NCBI GenBank assembly: GCA_033763455.1
Contig: JANRKO010000092.1
Coordinates: 1-64,000, forward strand
DNA: 64,000 nt
From: Polyangiaceae bacterium
Lineage (GTDB): Bacteria; Myxococcota_A; Polyangia; Polyangiales; Polyangiaceae
Direction of reading: 5' to 3'
Shown here: positions 17,616 to 28,154 of the stretch, one piece after another
Layout: every line of letters begins with the position of its first letter
Position numbering within the stretch: the first letter of the stretch is position 1
Notes under the pieces: generated by a model
What the model saw: only the letters and a program-made list of their open reading frames with translations
What the model was told of the DNA's origin: nothing
Databases searched by the model: none
Program-made: the position numbers and the translations under genes

Positions 17616-19349
17616 ATGCGCAATTCCAACCCCATTTTGCCCATTCTGAGCCTTCTATTAGCGGCCGCGGGCTGCACCGGCACGGCAGGGGACGGCCGCC
17701 GGGGCGCTTCGCCAAACGGGGCGAACGTGCCTCCGGGAACGGCCGCGACCTCTACCGGAGGAGGGAGCTCCACGATCCCCGGGGGTCCGGGTTCGCCCGG
17801 GTCAGGCACGGGCGGGGCGGTGGGAGTTGGGCCGACCTTACCCACCGCACCGAGTGGAGCTGTCTTTGGCCCTACGCTGCTCCGCCGCCTTACCAACATT
17901 GAGTACCGCAACACCGTTCAAGCGCTTCTCAATGCTCCCGCGTTGGCTACCGAACCGCTTCAACCAGATTCATTGACCAACGGCTACGACAACGTCAGCG
18001 TCTCGCTCACGGTGCCGCCGTCGCTGTGCGCTCAGTACGCCGAGCTTGCGGCGAAACAAACGCTGCAGGCGTTCAATGTGCCCCCCTGTGCCGCGCCGTC
18101 CACTGAGACGGAGTGCGCTAGCACCTTCATCGCCAGCTTCGGCAAACGCGCCTTTCGCCGCCCCCTCACCCCCGCGGAGCAGAAAACCTACGAAGGCATG
18201 TACGCCGACCAGCGAACACGTGCGGACCATGCCGGCGGCCTCCGTCAGATCGTGCAAACCATGCTGCAATCGCCGTATCTGCTCTATCGCTTCGAGCTGG
18301 GTCTCGCGAGTGCCGGCGCCCAGCGCACGCTCACCCCCTATGAAGTGGCCACCGAACTCGCGTACCTTTTCACCGCTTCCACGCCGGATGACGAGCTCCT
18401 CGCCGCGGCCGACAACAACGCCCTCGCGACGCCCGCTCAGATCGAGCAAGCCGGGCGTCGACTGTTAGCGCTGCCCGCAGCAAAGCCAGCGCTTCGCCGC
18501 TTTGTTCAAGGCTTCGAAGACACCTTGGGCCTCGACATGCTCTCCAAAGACCCGGCCGTCTACCCTTCGTATACGCCCGAGCTACGGGGAGCGTTGCAAG
18601 CAGAGTCGGCGCGCTTCATCGACGCAGTGCTTTGGGAGGGAGATGGCACCTATGCCTCACTTTTGAGCGCACCATTCTCATTCGTCAACGACACTCTGGC
18701 ACCGCTGTATGGAGTGGCCGCTCCGGGCCTTGGAGAGACACTCGTGAAGGCCACGCTGCCTCCCACGGAACGCCGAGGCTTTTTGACGCAAGCGGCCGTG
18801 CTCGCGGCCCACTCCAAACCCGGTGAATCCTCGCCGGTTAAACGCGGCAAGTTCATTCGCGTCGGGTTGCTATGTCAGGATTTGCCTTCCCCGCCGGCGA
18901 TGGTGCCTCAGATACAGCCGCCCGCGCCGAACCTCACAACCCGAGAGCGCTTTGCGGCGCATTCGGCCGATCCGGCTTGTTCAGGCTGCCACACGCTGAT
19001 CGACCCGCTCGGTTTTGGTCTGGAAAACTATGACGGTATTGGGCAATTCCGAACAACGGAAAGCGGGAAACCTGTGGACGCTTCCGGTAGCATCACCGGC
19101 ACGATGGACCTCGATGGCTCCTTCACAGGGGCGCTTGAGCTTGCGTCCAAGTTGACTGCTAGCCAAGAAGCCAAACAGTGCCTCACCCTCAAGGCGTACA
19201 GTTGGGCCTTTGGTCGTGCGGCTCTCGCTCCTGAACGGGCGGTCGTCAACAAGATTGCGGAGCCTCTCGGCGTGACCGGCCTGGACATCCGCGAGGCGCT
19301 CGTCGCCATCGCCCGTTCCGATAACTTCCAGTTTCGGTCGTTTCGCTAA
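17616..19349 (+). CDS. DUF1592-family lipoprotein (DUF1587/1595/1592/1588/1585 architecture), copy 1
   Basis: GGAGGA RBS, lipobox AAGC, LRRLTNIEYRNTV, RAFRRPL, LQSPYLLYR, SSPVKRG, CSGCH and DPLGFGLENYD. Confidence 0.9.
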   Translation: MRNSNPILPILSLLLAAAGCTGTAGDGRRGASPNGANVPPGTAATSTGGGSSTIPGGPGSPGSGTGGAVGVGPTLPTAPSGAVFGPTLLRRLTNIEYRNTVQALLNAPALATEPLQPDSLTNGYDNVSVSLTVPPSLCAQYAELAAKQTLQAFNVPPCAAPSTETECASTFIASFGKRAFRRPLTPAEQKTYEGMYADQRTRADHAGGLRQIVQTMLQSPYLLYRFELGLASAGAQRTLTPYEVATELAYLFTASTPDDELLAAADNNALATPAQIEQAGRRLLALPAAKPALRRFVQGFEDTLGLDMLSKDPAVYPSYTPELRGALQAESARFIDAVLWEGDGTYASLLSAPFSFVNDTLAPLYGVAAPGLGETLVKATLPPTERRGFLTQAAVLAAHSKPGESSPVKRGKFIRVGLLCQDLPSPPAMVPQIQPPAPNLTTRERFAAHSADPACSGCHTLIDPLGFGLENYDGIGQFRTTESGKPVDASGSITGTMDLDGSFTGALELASKLTASQEAKQCLTLKAYSWAFGRAALAPERAVVNKIAEPLGVTGLDIREALVAIARSDNFQFRSFR

Positions 19350-19391
19350 ACCGTTTTTTGACTGAATACTGTCACAAAAGGTGCTCATTTT

Positions 19392-20783
19392 ATGACTCGA
19401 TCCCTGCTCAAACGTCGTGCTCTCCTGCAGCAACTCGGGGCCTCCGCCTTCTTGGCCGCACCCGTTTTTCGGTCTGTACTCGCCGAGGCTCAAGCAACTG
19501 CGCCGCTTCGGTTGGTGGTGTTTCACTTCCCGAGTGGGGTGAGCATGCTGGACCGCGGTGCCGACTACGCGGTTCAAGGTTCCACCTGGAGCTACGATCA
19601 CGTGCTCGCATCTCTGAAGGACATTCAGTCGGACATTCTGCTCTTTAACAATATCACCATGCCCACCGCAGATGTGGTCACCGTGCTACCGGAGCTTGAA
19701 GGTCATGGCGGCGGTGTGCGCACGATGCTGACCTCGAACACCAATCAAGCAGAAAGAAGCTATGGCGATGCCACTTCCATCGACCAGATGCTGGCCAACG
19801 CTTTTGGCTCGCGCACCAAGTTCGGCTCGCTTCAGCTCGGAGTCATCACCAACACGAACGGTACGTCGTTTGCCAGACGTGTAGTTTACAATAACGGCAC
19901 CTACATCGAACCCGTCGAAAATGCGCAGGCCACCTTTGCTCGGCTCTTTCCGGGCGCGACCGTGCCCACCCCGCCATCCCCAACGATGACGCCTGACCCT
20001 CAAGCAACTGCCGAATTGGCAGCACTGCACGCCACTGGCAAGAGCCGATTGGATCAACTGCGAGCTGAGTTGACTGCGATCAAAGCGATTGCGGGAGTAG
20101 ACGAACAGTCCAAATTGGATCTGCACCTTACAGGTTTGCGTGAGCTTGAGAATTCGCTGCCGGTCATCGGCTCCACGCCAGGTGCAACATTTCAGGGTGT
20201 TACCTGCGCGCCGCCAAACATCGGAAACCCGCCTACCCCCACGGGCTTTGTCAAGTTGGACAACCCCGTAGATTACATTCAAGAGCTCGGGCCAGTGATG
20301 CAAGAGCTCATGTATCAAGCTATCAACTGCGACCTTACCCGGTTTGCAACCTTCCAGTGGATGTCCACGGGTGACAACAACATTTACCCGTTCTTAGCCG
20401 TCAATCAAACCCACCACACGTTGGAACACGGTTGGCGGGAAGATGACAACATGAAGGGGATGTACGATAGGATCCAGAACTGGCTCATGCTGCAGATTTC
20501 GACGTTCATCAAACGCCTGAAAGCCACTCCAGAAGGCAACGGCAGCATGTTGGACAACACGGCGGTGCTGGTGGTCTCCGAGATGTGGGGTGAACACGGG
20601 CACGACGAATTGATCGCCCTGATTGCCGGCAAGGCGGGCGGGGCGATTCGCACAGGCCGTACGCTCGATGCTGGAGGTCGCCCACACGGAGACCTCTTGC
20701 TCAGCTTGGTGAACATCATGGGCCTCAACGCAACCACGCTGGGCGATCCGAAGTACCTCACCGGCCCACTCAACCTCGGCTAA
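19392..20783 (+). CDS. DUF1552-family Tat-exported protein, copy 1
   Basis: Tat signal KRRALLQ, LRLVVFHFPSG, SIDQ, KLDLHLTGLRELE, CDLTR, HHTLEH and SMLDNT. Confidence 0.88.
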   Translation: MTRSLLKRRALLQQLGASAFLAAPVFRSVLAEAQATAPLRLVVFHFPSGVSMLDRGADYAVQGSTWSYDHVLASLKDIQSDILLFNNITMPTADVVTVLPELEGHGGGVRTMLTSNTNQAERSYGDATSIDQMLANAFGSRTKFGSLQLGVITNTNGTSFARRVVYNNGTYIEPVENAQATFARLFPGATVPTPPSPTMTPDPQATAELAALHATGKSRLDQLRAELTAIKAIAGVDEQSKLDLHLTGLRELENSLPVIGSTPGATFQGVTCAPPNIGNPPTPTGFVKLDNPVDYIQELGPVMQELMYQAINCDLTRFATFQWMSTGDNNIYPFLAVNQTHHTLEHGWREDDNMKGMYDRIQNWLMLQISTFIKRLKATPEGNGSMLDNTAVLVVSEMWGEHGHDELIALIAGKAGGAIRTGRTLDAGGRPHGDLLLSLVNIMGLNATTLGDPKYLTGPLNLG

Positions 20784-21086
20784 GGCTGAAGCGCTTTCCA
20801 GGGGGTGGCCTGTGCGCGTTGAGTGACTGTTACGAGAATCGCGGACGCACACGCGTTCGCAGGCGGCCTTCGTAGCACCGAATTATGCTCGGACCTGTGC
20901 CAGCCCACGACGTCAACCCCGCAACACGCGCGTCGCGGGGGGTGCAGGATGCAAAACCCCTCATAATTATCCAAGCTCCCCGCAAGTTCTAGGCTTTAGC
21001 TTTCGAAATTTCTAAGCCACAAGCCCGCCGATTAGGCCTCCCCGCGCCTCGGCGCGTTTGGCTCAGGCTTTTTGTTCGGAGCTAAG

Positions 21087-22355
21087 ATGACTGAAAAAGA
21101 TCGCAGATTGGCTGCCGCTAAGGAGCGAGCCTCCGGGGATTCGAGGGCTCGCGTGGCCCGTGCTCCCACTCGGCGAAGAGCTTTGGTAGCGCTGGCTTTG
21201 GCTGGGTTGGTGCATTCAGGCAAGGCTCTAGCCCAAGCTTCGGCGGTCGGGGAAGCTGCAGGGGCGAGTGGCACTTCGGGTGACCCAACGTCACCTGGGG
21301 CGCCCGCACCCGGAGCTACGGATGCGGCACCGGCACCGGCAGGTACTGATTCCTCAGCTGCCCCCGTTGTCCCGGCGCCCTCCGCGCCAGAGCCGAGTGC
21401 TGCAACGGCAGCACCAGCCCCCGAGGCCGCAGCGCCCGTGAAGGCCAAAGAGCCCACGCCGCCCGCTACGCCGCCTGCGAGCGCTGACTCGGACAAGAGC
21501 GATTCGAAGCCACTTACCACTGGCACCGTTCGGTTGCTGGAACACTTCTACGAAGGTGGCATTGGGTACGGCTTCAATGGTCCACTTGCGGCCGAAGGAA
21601 TGGACGGAAGCATTGGGTTAACCAGTGTTCGCGTCGCTGAGAACTACGGGAATCTGGCACGCCTTACGGTTGGAATGCTGGTGGCTATGGGGCAGAGCGA
21701 TAGTGCCTATGTTGGCTCCACCTACGGCTACAACTACCGTATCGATTACTACCGTCCGCTCACCGACGCCGAGCGAGCCGCTCAGGCTGAGCAACTCTCT
21801 GATGCGCTGTCTGGCAACTACGTGATGGACCTCGCCGTTTATACGTCGGGGTTGTTTGGCGCGCACTCAGGTAAGGCCAAGGGTAAGGGGTTTGAGTTTT
21901 ACTTGGGTGGCATGACAGACCTCGGCACCGTGAATGATCTGCCCGCCGTGCTGCAAATAACCGGTGGAATGAGCTACTTGTTGGCCCACGGTGTGCCCTT
22001 TAAGGCGGGAGAGGGGCCCAACTCCGACGCTGCCCAAGCCCAAGGCATGATGGGTGTACCCGCCAGCATTCACCATGAAACCGTTTCCTACATGAACTTT
22101 GGTGTGATGCTCCGCGCCATCGTACCGATCAATCGTTACCTTGAAGGGATGGCGCAATGGGACGCCAATATCCTCAGTCTGTTTGATACGGGTGGAAAGA
22201 GGCTAAAATCCGACGGGCAATTATGGACGAGTCCTCTTCGCGTGGGGGCTTCGGTGAACGCCACGGATCGCATTTTCTTGCGGGGCAACGTGTCGCTCAA
22301 TGGGTTCGGTAGCTACGGCTTTGGGAGCTATGCTGACGCCGGCGTGCGTTTCTAA
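21087..22355 (+). CDS. Hypothetical protein, probable outer-membrane beta-barrel with Pro/Ala linker
   Basis: Signal-like N-terminus, P/A-rich stalk, amphipathic strands and terminal YADAGVRF. Confidence 0.65.
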   Translation: MTEKDRRLAAAKERASGDSRARVARAPTRRRALVALALAGLVHSGKALAQASAVGEAAGASGTSGDPTSPGAPAPGATDAAPAPAGTDSSAAPVVPAPSAPEPSAATAAPAPEAAAPVKAKEPTPPATPPASADSDKSDSKPLTTGTVRLLEHFYEGGIGYGFNGPLAAEGMDGSIGLTSVRVAENYGNLARLTVGMLVAMGQSDSAYVGSTYGYNYRIDYYRPLTDAERAAQAEQLSDALSGNYVMDLAVYTSGLFGAHSGKAKGKGFEFYLGGMTDLGTVNDLPAVLQITGGMSYLLAHGVPFKAGEGPNSDAAQAQGMMGVPASIHHETVSYMNFGVMLRAIVPINRYLEGMAQWDANILSLFDTGGKRLKSDGQLWTSPLRVGASVNATDRIFLRGNVSLNGFGSYGFGSYADAGVRF

Positions 22356-22367
22356 GGAGATCTTGCT

Positions 22368-23162
22368 ATGAAATCGCATTCCAGTACGCTACTTTTCACC
22401 ATCTCCCTCGGCCTTTCGCTTGCGCTTATTCCAAACCTTGCTCACGCGACGGATTTGGATGATCTCGACGAAAACGGTTGGGGCCAGGCTGGAGTAAGTC
22501 GCCTCGCACTCTCAGCTTATCGGCTTTCTGGTACCCGGCCGGCTGCACCGGTAGCACCGGATCTCAACCAGCCCGTGATGCCGGCGCCTGGTGCGCCGAC
22601 GCCATCACCCACCGAGGATTACTCCCGTACCCAGGCTTGGCTCACCTACGATCTTTACGGCTACTTCGACAAAACGCGTTTCAATACCTTGGTGGGCGCG
22701 GAATTGAGCGCCGGTCTAGGCTTTTTCACGCCGGAGGCCGCAGATCCTGAGCGCGCCACCGAGCCCAGTAAGGATTATTCCAAGATCCATGCTCGGCTAG
22801 ACATGGCGATGGATTACGCGCCGATACATTGGGGAGGCTCTCTCGGTGGGCGTTGGGTGTTCGGGGCTGGATTTGGCGGTGAGCTCGGGAGCAGTTGGTA
22901 CACGGACGGTGCCCGCGTTTACCCGTTGTTGCTGACCCGCTTGCAATTTTTCCTGGGTGAATCGAGCGCACTGCACTTCGCTGGTCATTGGCTTCCCTCT
23001 ACCAGCGATGCCAACGATGTAAGTGAGTTGCGGCTCGAAGGAAGCTACGCCATTGGCAGCGTAGATCTCGGAGCAAGCCTACAAAGGCCTGTCGTGGGCG
23101 GCATCCCTCAGGGCAAGCTCAGCGCCACCGCGATGGGCTTGGTTCTCGGCTACATATTCTAG
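22368..23162 (+). CDS. Hypothetical protein, probable outer-membrane beta-barrel
   Basis: AAGGAG RBS, signal peptide ending in AHA, alternating strands and terminal LVLGYIF. Confidence 0.7.
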   Translation: MKSHSSTLLFTISLGLSLALIPNLAHATDLDDLDENGWGQAGVSRLALSAYRLSGTRPAAPVAPDLNQPVMPAPGAPTPSPTEDYSRTQAWLTYDLYGYFDKTRFNTLVGAELSAGLGFFTPEAADPERATEPSKDYSKIHARLDMAMDYAPIHWGGSLGGRWVFGAGFGGELGSSWYTDGARVYPLLLTRLQFFLGESSALHFAGHWLPSTSDANDVSELRLEGSYAIGSVDLGASLQRPVVGGIPQGKLSATAMGLVLGYIF

Positions 23163-23336
23163 GCCTCGGCCACCGGAGTCTCCATACCGACGCCGGCGAG
23201 GATCAACACCACGCCGATGGCCGGAGCGAGCGCCACCCAAACCAGGTTGTCGAGTTGGGGGCTGGCCGTTCACGCCGTTCGCCAAACGGCCGTTCACTCT
23301 CTGCATGCCGGCACCAACAATGGTCTTCTTGCAGTG

Positions 23337-24374
23337 ATGGTACGGTACTTGCTAAGCAAGTCCTGTGCTCCAGTGAATTGTAGTCTCTTTCGTTGGCCAG
23401 CCGCAGTGCTGAGCGGCGCGGTGTTTACCTCCACCGCGGTCGGTACCGCGTATGCGTCGGCCAAGGCAGAAACGTTAGCTGTTCGGGTTGACCTGCTGGG
23501 AAGCGCCCAGTGCGGCTCCGCGGATGCTTTTTTTCAGAGGCTGCATGCCCTCGCCGAGGTGCGGCTCGCCTCTCCTGAAGAGCCCGCAGAAAATATCCAG
23601 GTGTGGATCGAAAAGGGCACGCAGGGGTTCCAAGGTCGTCTAGAGATCCACACCACTCTCGGCACCGAATCGCGCGGAGTGAGCGCCCAAACGTGCGAAG
23701 AAGTGCTCGATACGCTCGCCCTTACGACCTCGATGTCCCTTCAGGGGGCGCAACCTAGCGACCCAGAGAAGCCCCCACCAGAGCCAAAAAGCCCTGCAAA
23801 GAGAGCCGCTCCGAAGCCGGTGGAGCCCGGGCGGGTCCCTTCAGCATCAACTCCTGTGGCAGGAGGTCGGAACGTGGTCGAGCTTGGAGGTGCGGTGCTC
23901 GGCTCCGAATTGCCGTGGTTGATGGGCCCTGCAATCAATGTTCGTTTTGGATTAACGGCGCAGAGCTTGGACCTCGCGTTTCAGGTTGCCTATCTGACGG
24001 ACGCGCTGAAACCCTCCGAGAACGTGCGGATGAGTGGGCCATTTGCTGGTGTGGGCGCGTGCGCTTCGGGGCTTGCGAATGCGCAGGGGAGCCTCTACTT
24101 GAGCCCGTGTGTCACCACCGAGGTCGGGGTGCTCTTCGCCAAAGGCACCGCTGAGTTAGTAGCCGCGCGTTCGGCCGAGGTGCTCTACGGTATGAGTGGA
24201 TTGGTTTTTCGAGGCGGCGTACGGTCCGGTGGGGGTTGGGGGGTCGAGGTTGGGGCGGGCGCCTCCGTAGCCTGGCTGCAGCCTGGATTGCGCACGGACG
24301 CACCGGGCGAAATCCTCGGCGAAAGTGGGGCGTTCGCGCTGCGCGGCGAATTGGGCCTGGCAAGGACATTTTGA
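23337..24374 (+). CDS. Hypothetical exported protein with a Cys-pair N-domain, Pro linker and C-terminal beta-barrel-like domain
   Basis: Signal-like N-terminus, C..RGVSAQTCEEVLDTLAL and terminal GELGLARTF. The stop overlaps the sigma factor ATG (TGATG). Confidence 0.7.
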   Translation: MVRYLLSKSCAPVNCSLFRWPAAVLSGAVFTSTAVGTAYASAKAETLAVRVDLLGSAQCGSADAFFQRLHALAEVRLASPEEPAENIQVWIEKGTQGFQGRLEIHTTLGTESRGVSAQTCEEVLDTLALTTSMSLQGAQPSDPEKPPPEPKSPAKRAAPKPVEPGRVPSASTPVAGGRNVVELGGAVLGSELPWLMGPAINVRFGLTAQSLDLAFQVAYLTDALKPSENVRMSGPFAGVGACASGLANAQGSLYLSPCVTTEVGVLFAKGTAELVAARSAEVLYGMSGLVFRGGVRSGGGWGVEVGAGASVAWLQPGLRTDAPGEILGESGAFALRGELGLARTF

Positions 24375-24958
24375 TGATCAAAGGTGGGGCCCTGCGCGAT
24401 GTACCTGTCGGAGCCTTCACGCCGGGTGATGGGTTGCAACAAAACATAGGGCAGGTGTCCCCAGAAGCCCAAGCGCGTGTTTATCGAGCAGTGCAGGAGA
24501 ATTTCGGCCTTGTCGGTAGGCTCTTGCGGCACTCTGGTGTGTTTGAAGATGTGGACGACGCTTTGCAGCAGGTTTTCATGACGTTCCTTGCCAAGTTGGA
24601 CCAAGTTCAGCCGGGCAAAGAGAAAGCCTTTCTGGCGGGTTGTGCGGTTCATGTTGCCTCGCGTCATCGGCGTGCGCGAGGCCTTCGCGTCCAGCGTTTC
24701 GAGCCTGATCCGCCCGACCTTGCTCACACCGGCGCAACGCCCGAAGCGATGGCAGAGAGTCGACAGCGGCTGCATCAGCTCGATAGCATTTTGGGCGAAA
24801 TGGACGAGGGCACGAGCCAAGTGTTTCTGCTGTTTGAGGTCGAGGAGCTCACTATGGCAGAAATAGCCGAGAGCCTCGGTCTAGCACCGGGGACAGTCGC
24901 GTCGAGAATTCGTCGTGCCCGTGAATTTATCCGCGAAAGGCTTACGGATGGAGGATGA
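24374..24958 (+). CDS. ECF (sigma-70 group 4) sigma factor
   Basis: Region 2 DVDDALQQVF and region 4 LFEVEELTMAEIAESLGLAPGTVASRIRRAR. Start uncertain. Confidence 0.92.
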   Translation: MIKGGALRDVPVGAFTPGDGLQQNIGQVSPEAQARVYRAVQENFGLVGRLLRHSGVFEDVDDALQQVFMTFLAKLDQVQPGKEKAFLAGCAVHVASRHRRARGLRVQRFEPDPPDLAHTGATPEAMAESRQRLHQLDSILGEMDEGTSQVFLLFEVEELTMAEIAESLGLAPGTVASRIRRAREFIRERLTDGG

Positions 24959-25808
24959 GCTGAAGCGGCTGCGCGAGGTCGGGAGCCCCGAAGAGCAAGC
25001 GTTGGTGGCTGCCGCGCGCGCGTATGAGCCTTCCAGGGTGCACCAAGATCGGCTGTTTTTGGCTATGGGCTTGGGCGTTTCGGGTGGGCTAGGCGCCGGA
25101 GCGGTCGCAGGTTCCGCGCATGCTGCATCTGGCTTGGGAAAGCTCGGCGCCCTTATTGCGAGCACGAGTGCGGCCACCAAAGGTTTGTTAGTTTCTGGTG
25201 TGGTGGCGGTCTCCGGTGCGTCCCTCTACGGCTATCAGCACTTGCCGATGCGTGCGGCACCTCCACCCGAGAGTGCCTCTTCGGGCAGGGATGCTGCCGA
25301 TGTCACCCCACGCGCTTTGGCGCTCAAAGGCCTCGGGACTACTGGAGCAAAGGATGTGGAGGTGAGCCCTGAATCGCCCAAGCGAAGCGCTACGCTGCAA
25401 GCAAAAGTCGCCGAGCCGCCGGCCGTAGCGCCGCGCGAAGCGTCTCCTGTTGCGAGCGCAGCCGTCCCTGCACCCAGCCTCAAAGACGAACTTTCATTGA
25501 TCCAGCGAGCGCAGGTTGAGGTTCAAAAAGGCTCCGGCTCCTCCGCTCTCCGGCTTTTGGAAGAACACCGGCGTACGTTCACGCATCCCAAGTTAGGCCT
25601 AGAAGCTCGCGCGCTTCGGGTGCGTGCCCTGGCGGCTGCCGGGCAGGGGGCTCAGGCGGAGGCCGAGGCACGTGCGTTCATTGCGGAATACCCGCGAAGC
25701 TTGCTCAGTCAGCCGTTGATCCCGCTTGCCCATTTTTCTGATCGACCGCCATCCGCCAAGCCTTCACGTCCACTGGGTGGCCCGCCGCCATCGGATCCAA
25801 CGCCATGA
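24948..25808 (+). CDS. Putative membrane anti-sigma factor with C-terminal TPR-like domain
   Basis: Overlaps the sigma gene. Short N-domain, Gly/Ala-rich TM segment, Pro linker and SLKDELSLIQRAQ...EARAFIAEYPRS. Confidence 0.75.
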   Translation: MEDELKRLREVGSPEEQALVAAARAYEPSRVHQDRLFLAMGLGVSGGLGAGAVAGSAHAASGLGKLGALIASTSAATKGLLVSGVVAVSGASLYGYQHLPMRAAPPPESASSGRDAADVTPRALALKGLGTTGAKDVEVSPESPKRSATLQAKVAEPPAVAPREASPVASAAVPAPSLKDELSLIQRAQVEVQKGSGSSALRLLEEHRRTFTHPKLGLEARALRVRALAAAGQGAQAEAEARAFIAEYPRSLLSQPLIPLAHFSDRPPSAKPSRPLGGPPPSDPTP

Positions 25809-26362
25809 CACTCAAAACATCCCAAGCTCTACAGCGTTCGTCGGTTACCTTGCTTTTCTCTGCACTCATGGGTGCAGCTTCCGGTGGGTGCGCTTCCGAA
25901 GATAGCGTAGGGCAATCGAAGCCTAGCCCCCTGCTCGATGTGAATGGCACCTATTCTGTGAGCGCGGTTTATGGGGAAAATGGCTGCAAATTTGAGGGCT
26001 GGCCCACGGGCAACACACTTTTGAATATCCCGGTGTCCGTGCAGCAAGCTGGCACGGATTTGACGGTCGACGTTGATTCGGGCGGTATCGTGGGTGGCGT
26101 GCTGAGTTTGATTCACGGATCCAACCGGTACGTGGGGACGCTAATGGGGAGTTCCGCTACAGTAAAGATCTTCGGAACGTTGCCGCAGGCTTCTGGCAAC
26201 TGCAGCTTTACGTTCAATAATGTTTTGGCTTCGAAATTTTCTGGGGATTTCATGACGGGCCGCTTGAGCTTCACCCCGGCCGTTACCAGCAACCCAGATT
26301 GCGCCACTGTGGCTTGTGAATCTGTGATGTCTGTGAACGGGTCTCGGCCTCCTCGGCTTTAG
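25805..26362 (+). CDS. Hypothetical beta-rich lipoprotein
   Basis: ATGA overlap with the upstream gene; lipobox SGGC. Confidence 0.75.
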   Translation: MTLKTSQALQRSSVTLLFSALMGAASGGCASEDSVGQSKPSPLLDVNGTYSVSAVYGENGCKFEGWPTGNTLLNIPVSVQQAGTDLTVDVDSGGIVGGVLSLIHGSNRYVGTLMGSSATVKIFGTLPQASGNCSFTFNNVLASKFSGDFMTGRLSFTPAVTSNPDCATVACESVMSVNGSRPPRL

Positions 26363-26408
26363 TAGGGTCTGTGATCAAACGGGCGGGCCACTGCGATGAA
26401 TAGCACGT

Positions 26409-28154
26409 ATGACTTTTCGTTCAGCGGTCGGTGGGGCTAGTGCCAAACGTCGACTAATCGTGGCAAGGCTTGTGTTACCGGCGTTCACTGCGCTGGTTTC
26501 AGCTTGTTCTCCTGAGGCTACGCGCTCCGGTGCCCCGCTTTCCCCGACGAGTAGTGCGCCCGGAACTGGCGGATCTAGCGCCATGGGGAACCCTGGAGTT
26601 CATCCCGAGGGCACGATTGGGGGCTCCACGCCCATGGGGGTGGCGTCCACTGAATATCCCGATCCGCTGAGGAGGTTGAGCGCGGTTGAGTATCGCCGCT
26701 CAGTGCAGGACGCTTTGGGGGTAGCTGCCGATCAAATTGCACTCCCCGCCGACGAAACGGTGGGTGCGTTCACCGCGAATAGCGTGACGCCGGTTACCTC
26801 TCTCCATATCGACAACTACGATCTTGCTGCCAAAACGCTTGCGCAATCGGTTGATTTAGGCCGACTAGAGCCGTGTGCGCTAACGTCGAAGGAGCCCGCC
26901 TGTGCGCGCTCGTTCATCGAAAAAGTGGGTTCGGCGCTGTACCGAAGGCCGCTATCGAACAATGAGCTTGACGCTTTGCTGGGCGTGCAAACATTGGGCA
27001 TGACGGGTGCTTCCTTCGAAGCGGGGTTGAGGCTCGCGGTGCGTGCGATGCTCGAAAGTCCTGATTTTCTCTACTTGGTGGAGTCTCCGGATCCGAAAGC
27101 ACCTAGAAGGCTTGCGCCTCATTCGCTAGCTGCGCGAATGTCCTATTTCTTAACGGGCACAACACCCGACGCTGAGCTCAGCGGAGTAGCTGGTAGCGGG
27201 GAGCTCGCACGCCCTGAAGTCTTACGGGCACAGGCAGAGCGTTTGCTTGCAAGTTCAGGTGCGTTGCCGCAACTGGAGCGTTTCCACCTCGAATGGCTGG
27301 GCTTGCGCAGGTTGCCGGAGCTCGATAAAGATCTCGCTCGGTTTCCGTCTTTCACCAGAGCGCTCGCTCTCGCCATGCAGCGGGAAACGGCAAGCTTTGT
27401 AGATTTCGTGATCCAGAAGAGTGACGCAACACTTGCAACGCTGTTCACGGCGCCCTTTTCGGTGGTCGAAGATCCGCTGCTCCAGGTTTATGGCCTCGCT
27501 GGGAGCCCCGGTCGCGATGCCACGCGGCCGATCGCCCTGAATCCGAGCCAACGCGCGGGCCTTTTGACGCAGCCTGGGGTGCTCGCACTGCATTCGCATC
27601 GGGATACGACGTCGCCCGTGCACCGCGGGATCTTTGTACTTCAGAACCTCTTGTGCCAACCGCTCGCGCCACCACCTCCGGGGGTGAGTATTCCCAAGTT
27701 GGTGGCGGCACCGGGCACACAGCTTACGAAGCGTGAGATTTTAAGCCAACACGAAGCCGATCCGCAGTGCGGCGGTTGTCATCGGTTGGTTGACCCCATC
27801 GGCCTCGCCTTCGAAAACTACGACGCGCTTGGAGCCTACCGTTCGTTCGATCCTGATGAGCAGCAACCGGTGAACGCCTCAGTGCAGATCACAACAGGCA
27901 CGGATATCGACGGAGCCTATGCCAATGGATTGGAGCTCACAACGCGTCTTAGCCAGAGCCCGGCGCTCGCTCAATGTGTGGTCAAGCAGTGGTTCCGATT
28001 TGCGCTCGGGCGCCTAGAAATTCCGCAGGATGCCAAAGTTCTAGCTCAGCTTGAGCAGCGGTTTACCGCGACTGACCACGATGTGCGGGATCTCATTCGT
28101 TCAATTGTACTGACAGACGCGTTTAGTCAGCGTCCCAATAGGAGCGCACAATGA
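26409..28154 (+). CDS. DUF1592-family lipoprotein, copy 2
   Basis: Lipobox VSAC, LRRLSAVEYRRSV, LESPDFLY, TSPVHRG, CGGCH and DPIGLAFENYD. Confidence 0.9.
   Translation: MTFRSAVGGASAKRRLIVARLVLPAFTALVSACSPEATRSGAPLSPTSSAPGTGGSSAMGNPGVHPEGTIGGSTPMGVASTEYPDPLRRLSAVEYRRSVQDALGVAADQIALPADETVGAFTANSVTPVTSLHIDNYDLAAKTLAQSVDLGRLEPCALTSKEPACARSFIEKVGSALYRRPLSNNELDALLGVQTLGMTGASFEAGLRLAVRAMLESPDFLYLVESPDPKAPRRLAPHSLAARMSYFLTGTTPDAELSGVAGSGELARPEVLRAQAERLLASSGALPQLERFHLEWLGLRRLPELDKDLARFPSFTRALALAMQRETASFVDFVIQKSDATLATLFTAPFSVVEDPLLQVYGLAGSPGRDATRPIALNPSQRAGLLTQPGVLALHSHRDTTSPVHRGIFVLQNLLCQPLAPPPPGVSIPKLVAAPGTQLTKREILSQHEADPQCGGCHRLVDPIGLAFENYDALGAYRSFDPDEQQPVNASVQITTGTDIDGAYANGLELTTRLSQSPALAQCVVKQWFRFALGRLEIPQDAKVLAQLEQRFTATDHDVRDLIRSIVLTDAFSQRPNRSAQ

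Noticed and set aside
20784..21086. Riboswitch or ncRNA in the intergenic gap
   Set aside because: Only weak hairpins and no recognisable consensus; an Rfam search would be needed.
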